Shown piece by piece: positions 1-8,227 of a stretch of 61,331 bases of DNA; the first letter of the stretch is position 1; each line of letters begins with the position of its first letter. Below the pieces are notes generated by a model that did no database searches, was not told the DNA's origin, and saw nothing but the letters and a program-made list of their open reading frames with translations. Source of the stretch: Pseudomonadota bacterium (GTDB lineage Bacteria; Bdellovibrionota_B; Oligoflexia; Oligoflexales; CAIMVM01); contig JBAXBA010000011.1 of assembly GCA_037142195.1 (NCBI GenBank), forward strand, positions 1 to 61,331, written 5' to 3'. Both the position numbers and the translations under genes were made by a program.

Positions 1-1
1 G

Positions 2-433
2 TATACCCAGTGCATGCCGGGAAAGAAGAATCTAACCTTTACATGGGTTACAGATGTAGAAATCACAGAAAAGAATGCATTTCAAATCATGCGAGGAGGC
101 CGAGCACGCTGGAAAATAGAAAATGAGACATTTAACACACTTAAAAATCAAGGTTATGAGTTTGAGCACAACTATGGTCACGGTCACAAAAATCTATCCG
201 TAAATCTAGCTTTCCTCATGATGCTGGCATTTCTGGTAGATCAATCCCAACTACTCACCAGTAAAGTGGTTCAGATAGCCCTGCAAAAAAATCGCAGTTT
301 AAGTGAATTCTACCGAATGATACGATCACTTTTCGATGTCTTTCTCTTTGAAAACTGGCTCGAATTATATGAAGCACTTGCCTATGGATTTGATTCAAAA
401 ATCACAATAAAACGAAGGTCAAACTCATCGTGA
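2..433 (+). mobile_element. DDE transposase, C-terminal part (ISNCY/IS4-like), truncated by the window edge
   Basis: Frame is open from base 2. Motif WVTD...GRARWKIENETFNTLKNQGYEFEHNYGHG is typical of this transposase group. CGGGAGCTGCTG at 581-592 may be the right terminal repeat (recalled similarity only, unverified). Confidence 0.85.
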
Positions 434-676
434 TCTAGCAAGCCCAAGATTATGCTTTGATTTTAAGTGTGTTCTCTAAAAAACCTATATCAGCATGGCT
501 TCCGTCAATTGACAGAGGACTTCACTTTTATTTGCCTATTCAAATCACCAAAAATATTAGCATTTAAGCAAATAATATGCCGGGAGCTGCTGAGAAATGC
601 GTCTGATTTTTGATTTCTACTCCTGATTGTGTTATGTTTTTGACATACAAGACCTTTACAACCAAAGGAGTCCCTT

Positions 677-2479
677 ATTAAACTCTATTTATTTATGAGC
701 TTCCTTCTCCTATCATCTTGCAAAACTCAGAAAAATCTTGAATCGGAAACCGCAAATTCATCAAGCGTTATGATCAGTACGAGAGATTTTTTTGACCCTT
801 CGGGAAAAGCCTGGACAGGGCGTCTCATTCTCCCTAAAGATTCCGAGCGTCGCCCGGATGGCGGAGTCTGGTTTGAAGTGTATCAGGGAGCTCAAGGACA
901 GTCCTTTTCTAAGCCCATTTGGCTTACTTGGAATAAGAATTCAGAATGGTTCAAAGAATATGATCAACGCACCAAAATAGACGTTAATATATCTCCTTCT
1001 GATTTTGAATATGTTAGAACCAGCAAAAATATTGTTCCAGAACGCTTGTCGGGACTTGCCAAGGTTAGCTTTCTAGAATCTTTAGCGGGGGCGCGCCCAG
1101 ATAAATTAAAAGACACAATAAATGGAGTAGCTACGGCAGATTCCATAGAAGTCCTTATTGAAAAAGCAACCTTTTCTGACGACACACTGACACTCGACTC
1201 TGAACCCGTACAGATCACCGGCAGATTTGTGTCACTTTTAAAATTTGAAAAGAAAATAGAGGAACATAAGTATTCCGCTAAAGCATGGAGCCAGGGTGGT
1301 TTTTCAAGTGAAGTGACAGTTTCTTATCAAGCAACGCGCGAAGACCCCAACGAGTCGGCAGCACAGCCTACTCTTGAGGGCATCGAAAGTTTTGGAGCCA
1401 ACGACTTGGGGTGGTACGCTTTCGGCGACGCTCCCAACGGCACGCTTGAAGTTCGTGCTTTGGAGCCCAGAGCTGCCATGAGGCTGAATCAGGCTAGCGT
1501 CTATCCAGACGGCCAGCATTATATTGACGTGGATAATTTTAAAGACACAGAAAGAAGCAAGAAACGAATTTCCACTGCTGTCATTGGAAATACTAATGTA
1601 GGCCCAAAAACTCCCCCAAAAGGCTCCAAAGGACTCGTCGTTCACATCTTTGGTGGTATCGGCGGAAAAGGTGGCGATGCACCCATAACAATTCCTACAA
1701 AAAAATATTATACGGGGCACTTTGCCTTTGGTGTAGGAAAAGTAGTAACAGACCCCTTTACTCATGAAGACAAATTAGACATCGAGTATCGTCAGGTATA
1801 TGGCAATGGTCCCAATGGGATCGTTTCAGGGGCCCTCAAATGGCACGTATACTCAGGGAGTTTAGAACGTGGCTGGATGTACTCTCGTCCTATTTCTGAC
1901 GCCGTGATCTGGAACCCTTCCCTCAGCAATCCCTATGTTATTGGTGGCAAGACCATCGATCCCATTGCTGGAATCCTACTGGAACTTGATGTCATGGCTG
2001 CTAGATTTAGGTCAGCCGATGGCAAGGGAGTTGCCAAAGTCACCTCGACGAAGTCTTGCGTTCAAGATTCCAACCAAGCCGCTTATATCAGCTTAGCCAA
2101 ATTTCTCGATCGTCTCGACAACTCTCCAGAAATGAAGTCGGGAGTCGCGAACTTGGATCCACAAACCTCCAAGCGCCTTCAAAACCTAAAGAAGATCGCC
2201 TATCAATATAGAGACAAAGTTATTGGACCAGCAAGGCTTAGAGCTGATTGGCGAGAGGCCGTAAATAGCACAAAAAATCCCATTTTAGCGGAACCCTTTT
2301 CTCCATTACCCATGATTTTTGCATCACTGAAAAGCATTGGTGTACTTACACCTAATGGATCCTATAAAAGAATACTGAATATTTTCTATGACAATGACAG
2401 CCTTATTTGGTTCGTGAGAACCAATCAAGTGGGCGGTAATAAGCCTAATATATTTCCGATTGCTCCGGGATTTAATTAG
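677..2479 (+). CDS. Lipoprotein resembling the soluble domain of cyanobacterial CAAX-protease (CPBP/Abi)-associated proteins
   Basis: Lipobox LSSC. Motifs WTGRLILP, LESLAGARP, PVQITGR, HIFGGIGG, GHFAFG, SCVQDSNQA. The ORF track starts at ATG 695, but AAGGAG (665-670) precedes an in-frame ATT at 677. Confidence 0.7.
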   Translation: MKLYLFMSFLLLSSCKTQKNLESETANSSSVMISTRDFFDPSGKAWTGRLILPKDSERRPDGGVWFEVYQGAQGQSFSKPIWLTWNKNSEWFKEYDQRTKIDVNISPSDFEYVRTSKNIVPERLSGLAKVSFLESLAGARPDKLKDTINGVATADSIEVLIEKATFSDDTLTLDSEPVQITGRFVSLLKFEKKIEEHKYSAKAWSQGGFSSEVTVSYQATREDPNESAAQPTLEGIESFGANDLGWYAFGDAPNGTLEVRALEPRAAMRLNQASVYPDGQHYIDVDNFKDTERSKKRISTAVIGNTNVGPKTPPKGSKGLVVHIFGGIGGKGGDAPITIPTKKYYTGHFAFGVGKVVTDPFTHEDKLDIEYRQVYGNGPNGIVSGALKWHVYSGSLERGWMYSRPISDAVIWNPSLSNPYVIGGKTIDPIAGILLELDVMAARFRSADGKGVAKVTSTKSCVQDSNQAAYISLAKFLDRLDNSPEMKSGVANLDPQTSKRLQNLKKIAYQYRDKVIGPARLRADWREAVNSTKNPILAEPFSPLPMIFASLKSIGVLTPNGSYKRILNIFYDNDSLIWFVRTNQVGGNKPNIFPIAPGFN

Positions 2480-2615
2480 TACTTTTGGGCAATGCAGGAG
2501 AAGTTTAAGGTACGCCACCTATTTTTCTTGCGTTGCCATACATCTTTACTTTTTGTCCATTTCCAGAGCCGTTGATCGTAATGGCATCTCCATCGTTGAG
2601 GCCATAAGCCGTACA
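2477..2615. repeat. Direct repeat copy 1 (139 bp): displaced 3' end of the peptidase E-like gene plus 28 bp of downstream sequence
   Basis: Aligns without gaps to 5737-5875 (offset 3260) with 9 mismatches by manual count. Minus-strand translation: CTAYGLNDGDAITINGSGNGQKVKMYGNARKIGGVP*. Confidence 0.95.
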
Positions 2616-2800
2616 TCTGATGTCTTTCCCTAAAAAGCGACTCGCGGAACGTAGTTGCAGTTTTAAATCGAAAAATGAGATATAGTTTGTCTAATTTCTT
2701 GTTTTTATTCATTTAAACAATTTATATTTAGATGCATAGTCAGGGTGTCGATATGAGATATAGGCTCAGAGATCAAAGCCGTTCACGAGGAGTATCTCAT

Positions 2801-4915
2801 ATGCAATCCCTACTAGTCTGCAGCCTCATAATCTTTATCGTAGGCAGCATGGGCTGTAGAAATGAATCAGCCTCTATAAAAAGTCGATATTTACCTAATG
2901 ATGCTAATTCGGAAGGTGAAAGTAAATCGAACGTTGATGTTAAGTTGGGCGCAAAAGAGTCAATCACAATCGATTTTTCAAAACTGCAGTTCCCACCAGT
3001 AATCCAAAAAATCGGTGTGAATTCTGTTTGGAATGAACTCTCCGACTCTTCTCTAAGCGGACTAGACGGAGCGGCTGCAGCGGGAATGGTCATGGGATCA
3101 GGATTGCTAGAACTTAATGAAACGAGGTTGTATGACGGCAAAAATTCTTGCCTAGGGCCCAACGCTATGATCTTTCGAGATAGCCAAGCAAAGCTACAAA
3201 TTAGTGGAAACTCGAACTTGACGACTCTTAGGAATAGGACGCATTCATCTGGTCTAGTTAATTTTTTGCAAATTGCTGGTACTGTTACTAAGGGCAGTCC
3301 ATTTACCTTAGCAAGCGTTAAAGCTTCAAAAAATGGTAATTTTTATCCCTTGCCGGCCACCTGGAAAGAAAGAGCCGAGTATGCAGATGCATTGGCGCGA
3401 TTGGTTGATAGCATTTACATGGCTGATCGAGCACCGTCAATTTTTTCTTTCTGGCAAGAGCCGTCCCATACGCTAGGGCTACAAAGTAAGACTGAAGGAG
3501 GTACGCCTTCCGATTCGGATATTGAGGCGAATACCAGAGATTTTATAGATTTCCAGTTTGAAATTTCCAAAAACTTTAGGAAATTGAATCTCGATGTTCC
3601 TCTAGCAGCTTTTCAATTAAACTCATCTCAAGGGGTTAGCGCAAATGGAGTAGTAGATGGTGCGGACTATGCCCATTTTTTAAATCTTCTTATAAAGAAA
3701 GAAATAGCTGTTGGCGAAAAAATGCCATTCGATTTTTTCACAATTCAAAATTATAAAGGAGAACGAACAAGAGAAATTATTGCTAATGCGCGCTTTGCTC
3801 TACTATCCAATCGTTTTTCTAACGTACCCATACTTATGAATGAATTTAGGTCCTCTAAGGAAGGAGGAAATGACGAGATTCTCAATACATCAAAGGACCT
3901 TGCGCAGTATCTGGAAACAATTAAGTTCGTCATGGACCAAGCTGATGTCTCGCATATCCTCCCTTCAGATGTTGTTACTCAGACATCTAAATTCAGAATC
4001 AATGAAGTGCTGATTCGTTTGGGAAAACTGCCATTCAATCGTGTTCCTATTAACTTCGGTGGGCATTCAGAGCTTTCAGGTATCGCAAGTTTTGATTCTG
4101 AACAAATTTCTGCTGTTATATGGAACAATGGCGACGAACCGATAGATACTTCGATTTCTCTTGCCAGTACTCCTCTGAGTTTAAAAGCACAGAGCAAGCA
4201 ACTTATAGTACAAATTATGGGAGATAAAGGAGCGGCAGAGGTGCAATCGTTTCCCAATAAGATAACTACTGCATCTGCTTCGATTGATGGAATCACATTA
4301 AAACCTAAAGCCATTCTCTTTCTTGAAACACTCGACTCTACTAGAATAGAACCACAAAATCCAAACCTACTGTATTTACGACACGATTCTTATTTTAGGC
4401 GTCAGGATGCGAATAAGTCCCCTGAGACGACAAGTGCATATAATCCGAGAACTAATGAGCTACTTTTGGCCACTGCATCAGTTAGTGACCCGGTTGCTGC
4501 CAGCGTTACATTTATGAACTTAAATCGTAGTGGCGAAGCTACAAAAGGTAATGTTTTGAAAATAAAGACTTCGGTAAGTACAGAAGGGGCACAGTCCATT
4601 GTGCTACAGCCTTTATTGCGACTAGACTTTTTAAACGGCGATAAATCAGAAAAAACCATTTTCCTTGGGAAGGAGTCAAAAGAATTTAATTGGGCTGATG
4701 CGAACCTTCCTAACTGGCTTCCTGCAATTATCAAAGAAGCTTTAGCTATGGGGACTGGCGCGGCGGTTGGTGAGTTTGAAATTAATTTATCGACTTTTGC
4801 TCCCCCGACTTGGGCTAATAACTCTATACCATATACGGGCAGACTCCAGCTCTCGGCGATACTTAAGAGTGCTGGTGGACCTTCATTTGCAAAGATACAT
4901 TTAGAAGTTAAATAA
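2801..4915 (+). CDS. Lipoprotein, clan GH-A (GH39-like) glycoside hydrolase
   Basis: GAGGAG precedes ATG 2801 (ORF track start is 2732). Hydrophobic signal ending GSMGC. FWQEP (acid/base-like), DFFTIQNY and ILMNEF (nucleophile-like) occur in GH39 order, followed by beta-rich C-terminal domains. Confidence 0.65.
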   Translation: MQSLLVCSLIIFIVGSMGCRNESASIKSRYLPNDANSEGESKSNVDVKLGAKESITIDFSKLQFPPVIQKIGVNSVWNELSDSSLSGLDGAAAAGMVMGSGLLELNETRLYDGKNSCLGPNAMIFRDSQAKLQISGNSNLTTLRNRTHSSGLVNFLQIAGTVTKGSPFTLASVKASKNGNFYPLPATWKERAEYADALARLVDSIYMADRAPSIFSFWQEPSHTLGLQSKTEGGTPSDSDIEANTRDFIDFQFEISKNFRKLNLDVPLAAFQLNSSQGVSANGVVDGADYAHFLNLLIKKEIAVGEKMPFDFFTIQNYKGERTREIIANARFALLSNRFSNVPILMNEFRSSKEGGNDEILNTSKDLAQYLETIKFVMDQADVSHILPSDVVTQTSKFRINEVLIRLGKLPFNRVPINFGGHSELSGIASFDSEQISAVIWNNGDEPIDTSISLASTPLSLKAQSKQLIVQIMGDKGAAEVQSFPNKITTASASIDGITLKPKAILFLETLDSTRIEPQNPNLLYLRHDSYFRRQDANKSPETTSAYNPRTNELLLATASVSDPVAASVTFMNLNRSGEATKGNVLKIKTSVSTEGAQSIVLQPLLRLDFLNGDKSEKTIFLGKESKEFNWADANLPNWLPAIIKEALAMGTGAAVGEFEINLSTFAPPTWANNSIPYTGRLQLSAILKSAGGPSFAKIHLEVK

Positions 4916-5185
4916 GTTGTTGTTTGTATCCGGAGTTGAAAAATTGCTGTACTAGGGTAACAAGCCAGGTATTGTCCTAGCTAAACGCAGTAATTGCGGC
5001 CTTCAAGAGATGGAGCCACCGACCAACCGAACGGGCGCGGATTGGTAATCCACACTAGCTTAATTTCGTAAAGTCCCCCACCAAGCACAATTTTTTAGGA
5101 ACCAGACCGCAAGTCGCCAATTTTTTCCCGCTTCACGCTGTTTCTTTATAAAAGTTGCAATGGTCAATTTGCATGGATTCTGATG

Positions 5186-5603
5186 TCAAGGAAGGAGCTG
5201 ATTCGCGGTTCTATACAGAGCTGTAAAATACTTGGGCGAAAAATACTTTGGCGAAAAATAGGAGATGATGGCTGCTACAATAGACATCTCTCCCTTTCCA
5301 TGCTGACACCGAGTCACATCGATTTCAAAGACTTTAGCCAGCATTTTGCTCCAACTAGAGTTCTTTATGGGACTCTCATCTGTACAGCCATTTTTGACGG
5401 GCTTGCCCTTCTTTTCCTCTGGTTTTAGAACTATCCTACTGCGACAAGGTGAGTTAGGGGCAAAGAAGCCACTCCACTTAACCAAATGGGATTTTGGTGG
5501 AGGAATGATGGCACTTGGTTTTTTCTATAAACTCCCCAGGAGTGAAGAGAAGGTGGGACGTGCCATCACTATAGGCGCTCTTTAGTTCGAGTTCTACTTG
5601 GCC
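5186..5603 (-). pseudogene. IS91-family (Y2 rolling-circle) transposase remnant, C-terminal part, frameshifted
   Basis: Minus strand reads GQVELELKSAYSDGTSHLLFTPGEFIEK, then a frameshift in the A6 run (5519-5524), then AIIPPPKSHLVKWSGFFAPNSP...WSKMLAKVFEIDVTRCQHGKGEMSIVAAI, matching the IS91/ISCR C-terminal signature. Confidence 0.85.
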
Positions 5604-5736
5604 TAGCACTGACCATCCATGGTCTGATAGCATCGTCCTTAACAGGTTTCTCACTCAAATTGGTTTTTTGGCAAAGATATTTTGGTGAGAAACTGTTTTT
5701 ATTTCAGTCGCTTAAATTAGATGTGAGTACACGCCC

Positions 5737-5875
5737 TAGTAATTTTGGGCAATGCAGGAGAAGTTTAAGGTGCGCCACCTATTTTTCTTGCGTTGCCATA
5801 CATCTTTACTTTTTGTCCGTTTCTAGAGCCGCTGATCGTAATAGCATCTCCATCGTTGAGAGCATAAACCGTACA
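5737..5875. repeat. Direct repeat copy 2 (3' end of the intact peptidase E-like gene plus downstream sequence)
   Basis: Matches 2477-2615. Confidence 0.95.
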
Positions 5876-6412
5876 CTTGGATTTCAAACTATAGTCTTCA
5901 AGGCGGCTTAAGTCTGGAAAATACTCATTGGTATGGGGAGACACTTCGAAATCCAAAAAACCTAAACCCTTGAAATTGCCTTTTTCCCCCAGGAATCGAA
6001 CCAGTCCAAAAGACTTCTGAAGAACCATGGCCCCTGCGCTGACCCCCAATATGACTCCCCCTCGTTTGAGAAAGTCAGAGATCTTGAGATCCAATCCCGA
6101 ATGAAGAAGCCGATCCCTAAACGCTGTGACCTGCCCTCCAGATAGATGAATGAGATCCCTTAAAAAGAAATCTTCGTCCTTGTCACTTCCTAATTCCGTT
6201 GGTTCAAGAAAGCCCACATCAGTAAATCCAATTTTAGAATAATAATGGACTTTTTCTTCAAAATACTTACGCCTAGGATCTGGCGCTGCAGGAATGTAGC
6301 CTATCTTGGGATTCTTCTTCCCTGTCAGCGATCTTATGAGGTTGACGTCTAAGTCGGCAGTTAACTTGATAGATTGGTCGCTGTGAAGTATAAATTTCAC
6401 TCCGGTATCCAT
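5765..6412 (-). CDS. Peptidase E / S51 family (class I glutamine amidotransferase-like fold)
   Basis: IGYIP, SGGQ, nucleophile elbow GVSAGA, GLG...PH and NDG motifs. Confidence 0.85.
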   Translation of the reverse strand: MDTGVKFILHSDQSIKLTADLDVNLIRSLTGKKNPKIGYIPAAPDPRRKYFEEKVHYYSKIGFTDVGFLEPTELGSDKDEDFFLRDLIHLSGGQVTAFRDRLLHSGLDLKISDFLKRGGVILGVSAGAMVLQKSFGLVRFLGEKGNFKGLGFLDFEVSPHTNEYFPDLSRLEDYSLKSKCTVYALNDGDAITISGSRNGQKVKMYGNARKIGGAP

Positions 6413-6460
6413 TCCTTACTGAAACTTGAAAAGACTATTTCCCAAAATAAGCGCCAAAAC

Positions 6461-6482
6461 AAAAAAAGCCCGTAGGCTTTTT
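6461..6482 (-). terminator. Intrinsic terminator with a UACG tetraloop
   Basis: Minus strand AAAAAGCC-TACG-GGCTTTTTTT just after the stop of 6499..6960. Confidence 0.75.
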
Positions 6483-6498
6483 CTAGACAAATGAAACT

Positions 6499-6960
6499 CT
6501 ATTCGGCTTCAGCTTCCACTCGATCAAAATCGTCTTCTTCATTGGGCGCTTTGGGCTCCCAAATGGACTTACCTAAAGTGACTTTTTGAGACTTCACTTC
6601 CGTTAAACCTGGGTATTCCATCCTGATGGCCCGAACGGCATCTTCAGGGGTAATAAATATGGGAAACTCTCTGCTATATTCGTAAGCTTCTAATACTTTT
6701 CTTGGCCGTTCCATCACGCCTGCGAAAAGAAATGGAATTTTAAAACGCCGGCGAAGTTGCAAAACTTCTGACAAAAAAACTTCACATACTTCTTTTTCAT
6801 CTTGAAGATCAAGAATCAAATAAGGAAGTTCTGTTTGCTTTATCCAGTTATGAAGGCAAAGCGCGAGCTCTACACTCAAATCAAAAGTATTTTTTTCAGC
6901 TGTTTTGATTACATTACAAACTACAGCGCCATCTATTAACTCAGGAACCAACTGAAACAT
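6499..6960 (-). CDS. STAS-like (anti-sigma antagonist-like) domain protein
   Basis: LILDLQD...FL..VL...LFAGV...RKVLE...FPIF..EDAV follows the STAS pattern; acidic tail. Confidence 0.55.
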   Translation of the reverse strand: MFQLVPELIDGAVVCNVIKTAEKNTFDLSVELALCLHNWIKQTELPYLILDLQDEKEVCEVFLSEVLQLRRRFKIPFLFAGVMERPRKVLEAYEYSREFPIFITPEDAVRAIRMEYPGLTEVKSQKVTLGKSIWEPKAPNEEDDFDRVEAEAE

Positions 6961-7055
6961 AGGTCTCTAGACTCCATTAAAGTGCCCCTAAGTCGGGGAA
7001 CGAAAGTAACGACTCCTATCCATAGCTTTTTATAAAACCTAGGGCAACACCCAAT

Positions 7056-7556
7056 TTACTTTTTACTAAACCCGCGGCTTCGATCAATCCAGTCTATGAC
7101 ATACTTGCGCTTTAAATCTCTTAATGACCTCAAAGGCATTTCCTTTGATAGAGTCTCAACGCGGACGCGAATTTCCCGATCGACGTCAGACTTTTCCGTG
7201 CCCTCTAGATAGAATGCTTTGAGCTCTATCGGCACTATGGTTTCTCCGAGGAGCCCTAAAAGGCGCTCATCCTCTCCCTCAGAAAATATTCCACATCTTA
7301 TTAAAGATTGGCGTTCCGCCTGGTAAGTCAAGCTGATGTTAACCATAATTCCGAATGGTTTTAGAGGCTTATGGGAAAGATAGTCTTCTTCTCGGCGAAT
7401 TTTAATCTGCCACTCAGTCCCATCCTGATCGGAAACTTTTCGATTGAGAAGAGTGGATTCCCAGCTTTTGGTATCTTGGTCGGCTGCTAAATAAGACTTA
7501 ACTAAGGCCTTTGTTGGCTGGCGTTCCTCGGATGTGCTATAACCTTTTCTAATCAT
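7056..7556 (-). CDS. Hypothetical protein
   Basis: Long ORF filling the gap between genes. ATG 7556 has GAGG 6 nt upstream and avoids overlap with lptE. Confidence 0.6.
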   Translation of the reverse strand: MIRKGYSTSEERQPTKALVKSYLAADQDTKSWESTLLNRKVSDQDGTEWQIKIRREEDYLSHKPLKPFGIMVNISLTYQAERQSLIRCGIFSEGEDERLLGLLGETIVPIELKAFYLEGTEKSDVDREIRVRVETLSKEMPLRSLRDLKRKYVIDWIDRSRGFSKK

Positions 7557-7581
7557 GCAGCGCCTCAGGAGGTAATGGATC

Positions 7582-8196
7582 TTGAATAAGTTTAACTCCA
7601 CACACCTATTTTCGCTAATTCTAGGGATTCAGTCTAGCTGCAGCTACCGCCTAGCAAACTCGGAGCTCAAAGCACCTCCTGGAATTTCAAGCATTTACGT
7701 CGAATCCATCTATGATACGGCCTCAAATTCTTTGCCCCACGATATTCTTTGGAATGAACTCCAACGGGCCGTGGGAGAAAGTGGTAAACTGCGGCTTACT
7801 TCCCGAGACCAGGCCGATGCCCATTTAAGAGCTCATCTAGTTAGCGCTTCGATCATTCAAGTAGACCCCCAAACCATTACGGCCGTGAAAGATCCAGTGT
7901 ACCAGCCAGGCAGCGAACCTGCGGACTACCGCGACTTTAGAAGTTTGAATGTCGCATCCAAATTTGCTGGGAAAGAAGTCATGCAAATGAGCATTGCGGT
8001 TGACCTCGTCAATACATCAACTGGAAAAACTATCTTTAGTCGGATGTACCCTTTAAGCCGCACCTATTCCATCATCAACATTGCAGGCACGCCAAGCGGA
8101 CGCTTTCAAAGGGCGGATGAGGCCTTTGAAAGTAATTTCCAATATGCCTCTAAAGAGCTTTCCGGGCAAATTGTCCGCGACATCTTGAAACGATAG
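7582..8196 (+). CDS. lptE: LPS assembly lipoprotein LptE-like
   Basis: Lipobox SSC followed by SYRL; PPGISSIYV; C-terminal helix ASKELSGQIV; adjacent to lptD. Confidence 0.75.
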   Translation: MNKFNSTHLFSLILGIQSSCSYRLANSELKAPPGISSIYVESIYDTASNSLPHDILWNELQRAVGESGKLRLTSRDQADAHLRAHLVSASIIQVDPQTITAVKDPVYQPGSEPADYRDFRSLNVASKFAGKEVMQMSIAVDLVNTSTGKTIFSRMYPLSRTYSIINIAGTPSGRFQRADEAFESNFQYASKELSGQIVRDILKR

Positions 8197-8227
8197 CTTT
8201 TTGTTGAGAGCAATAGCTTTCAAGTCA

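Noticed and set aside
2476..2712. 78-aa minus-strand ORF (and 5660..5911 +)
   Set aside because: Off-frame readings of the duplicated peptidase 3' end.
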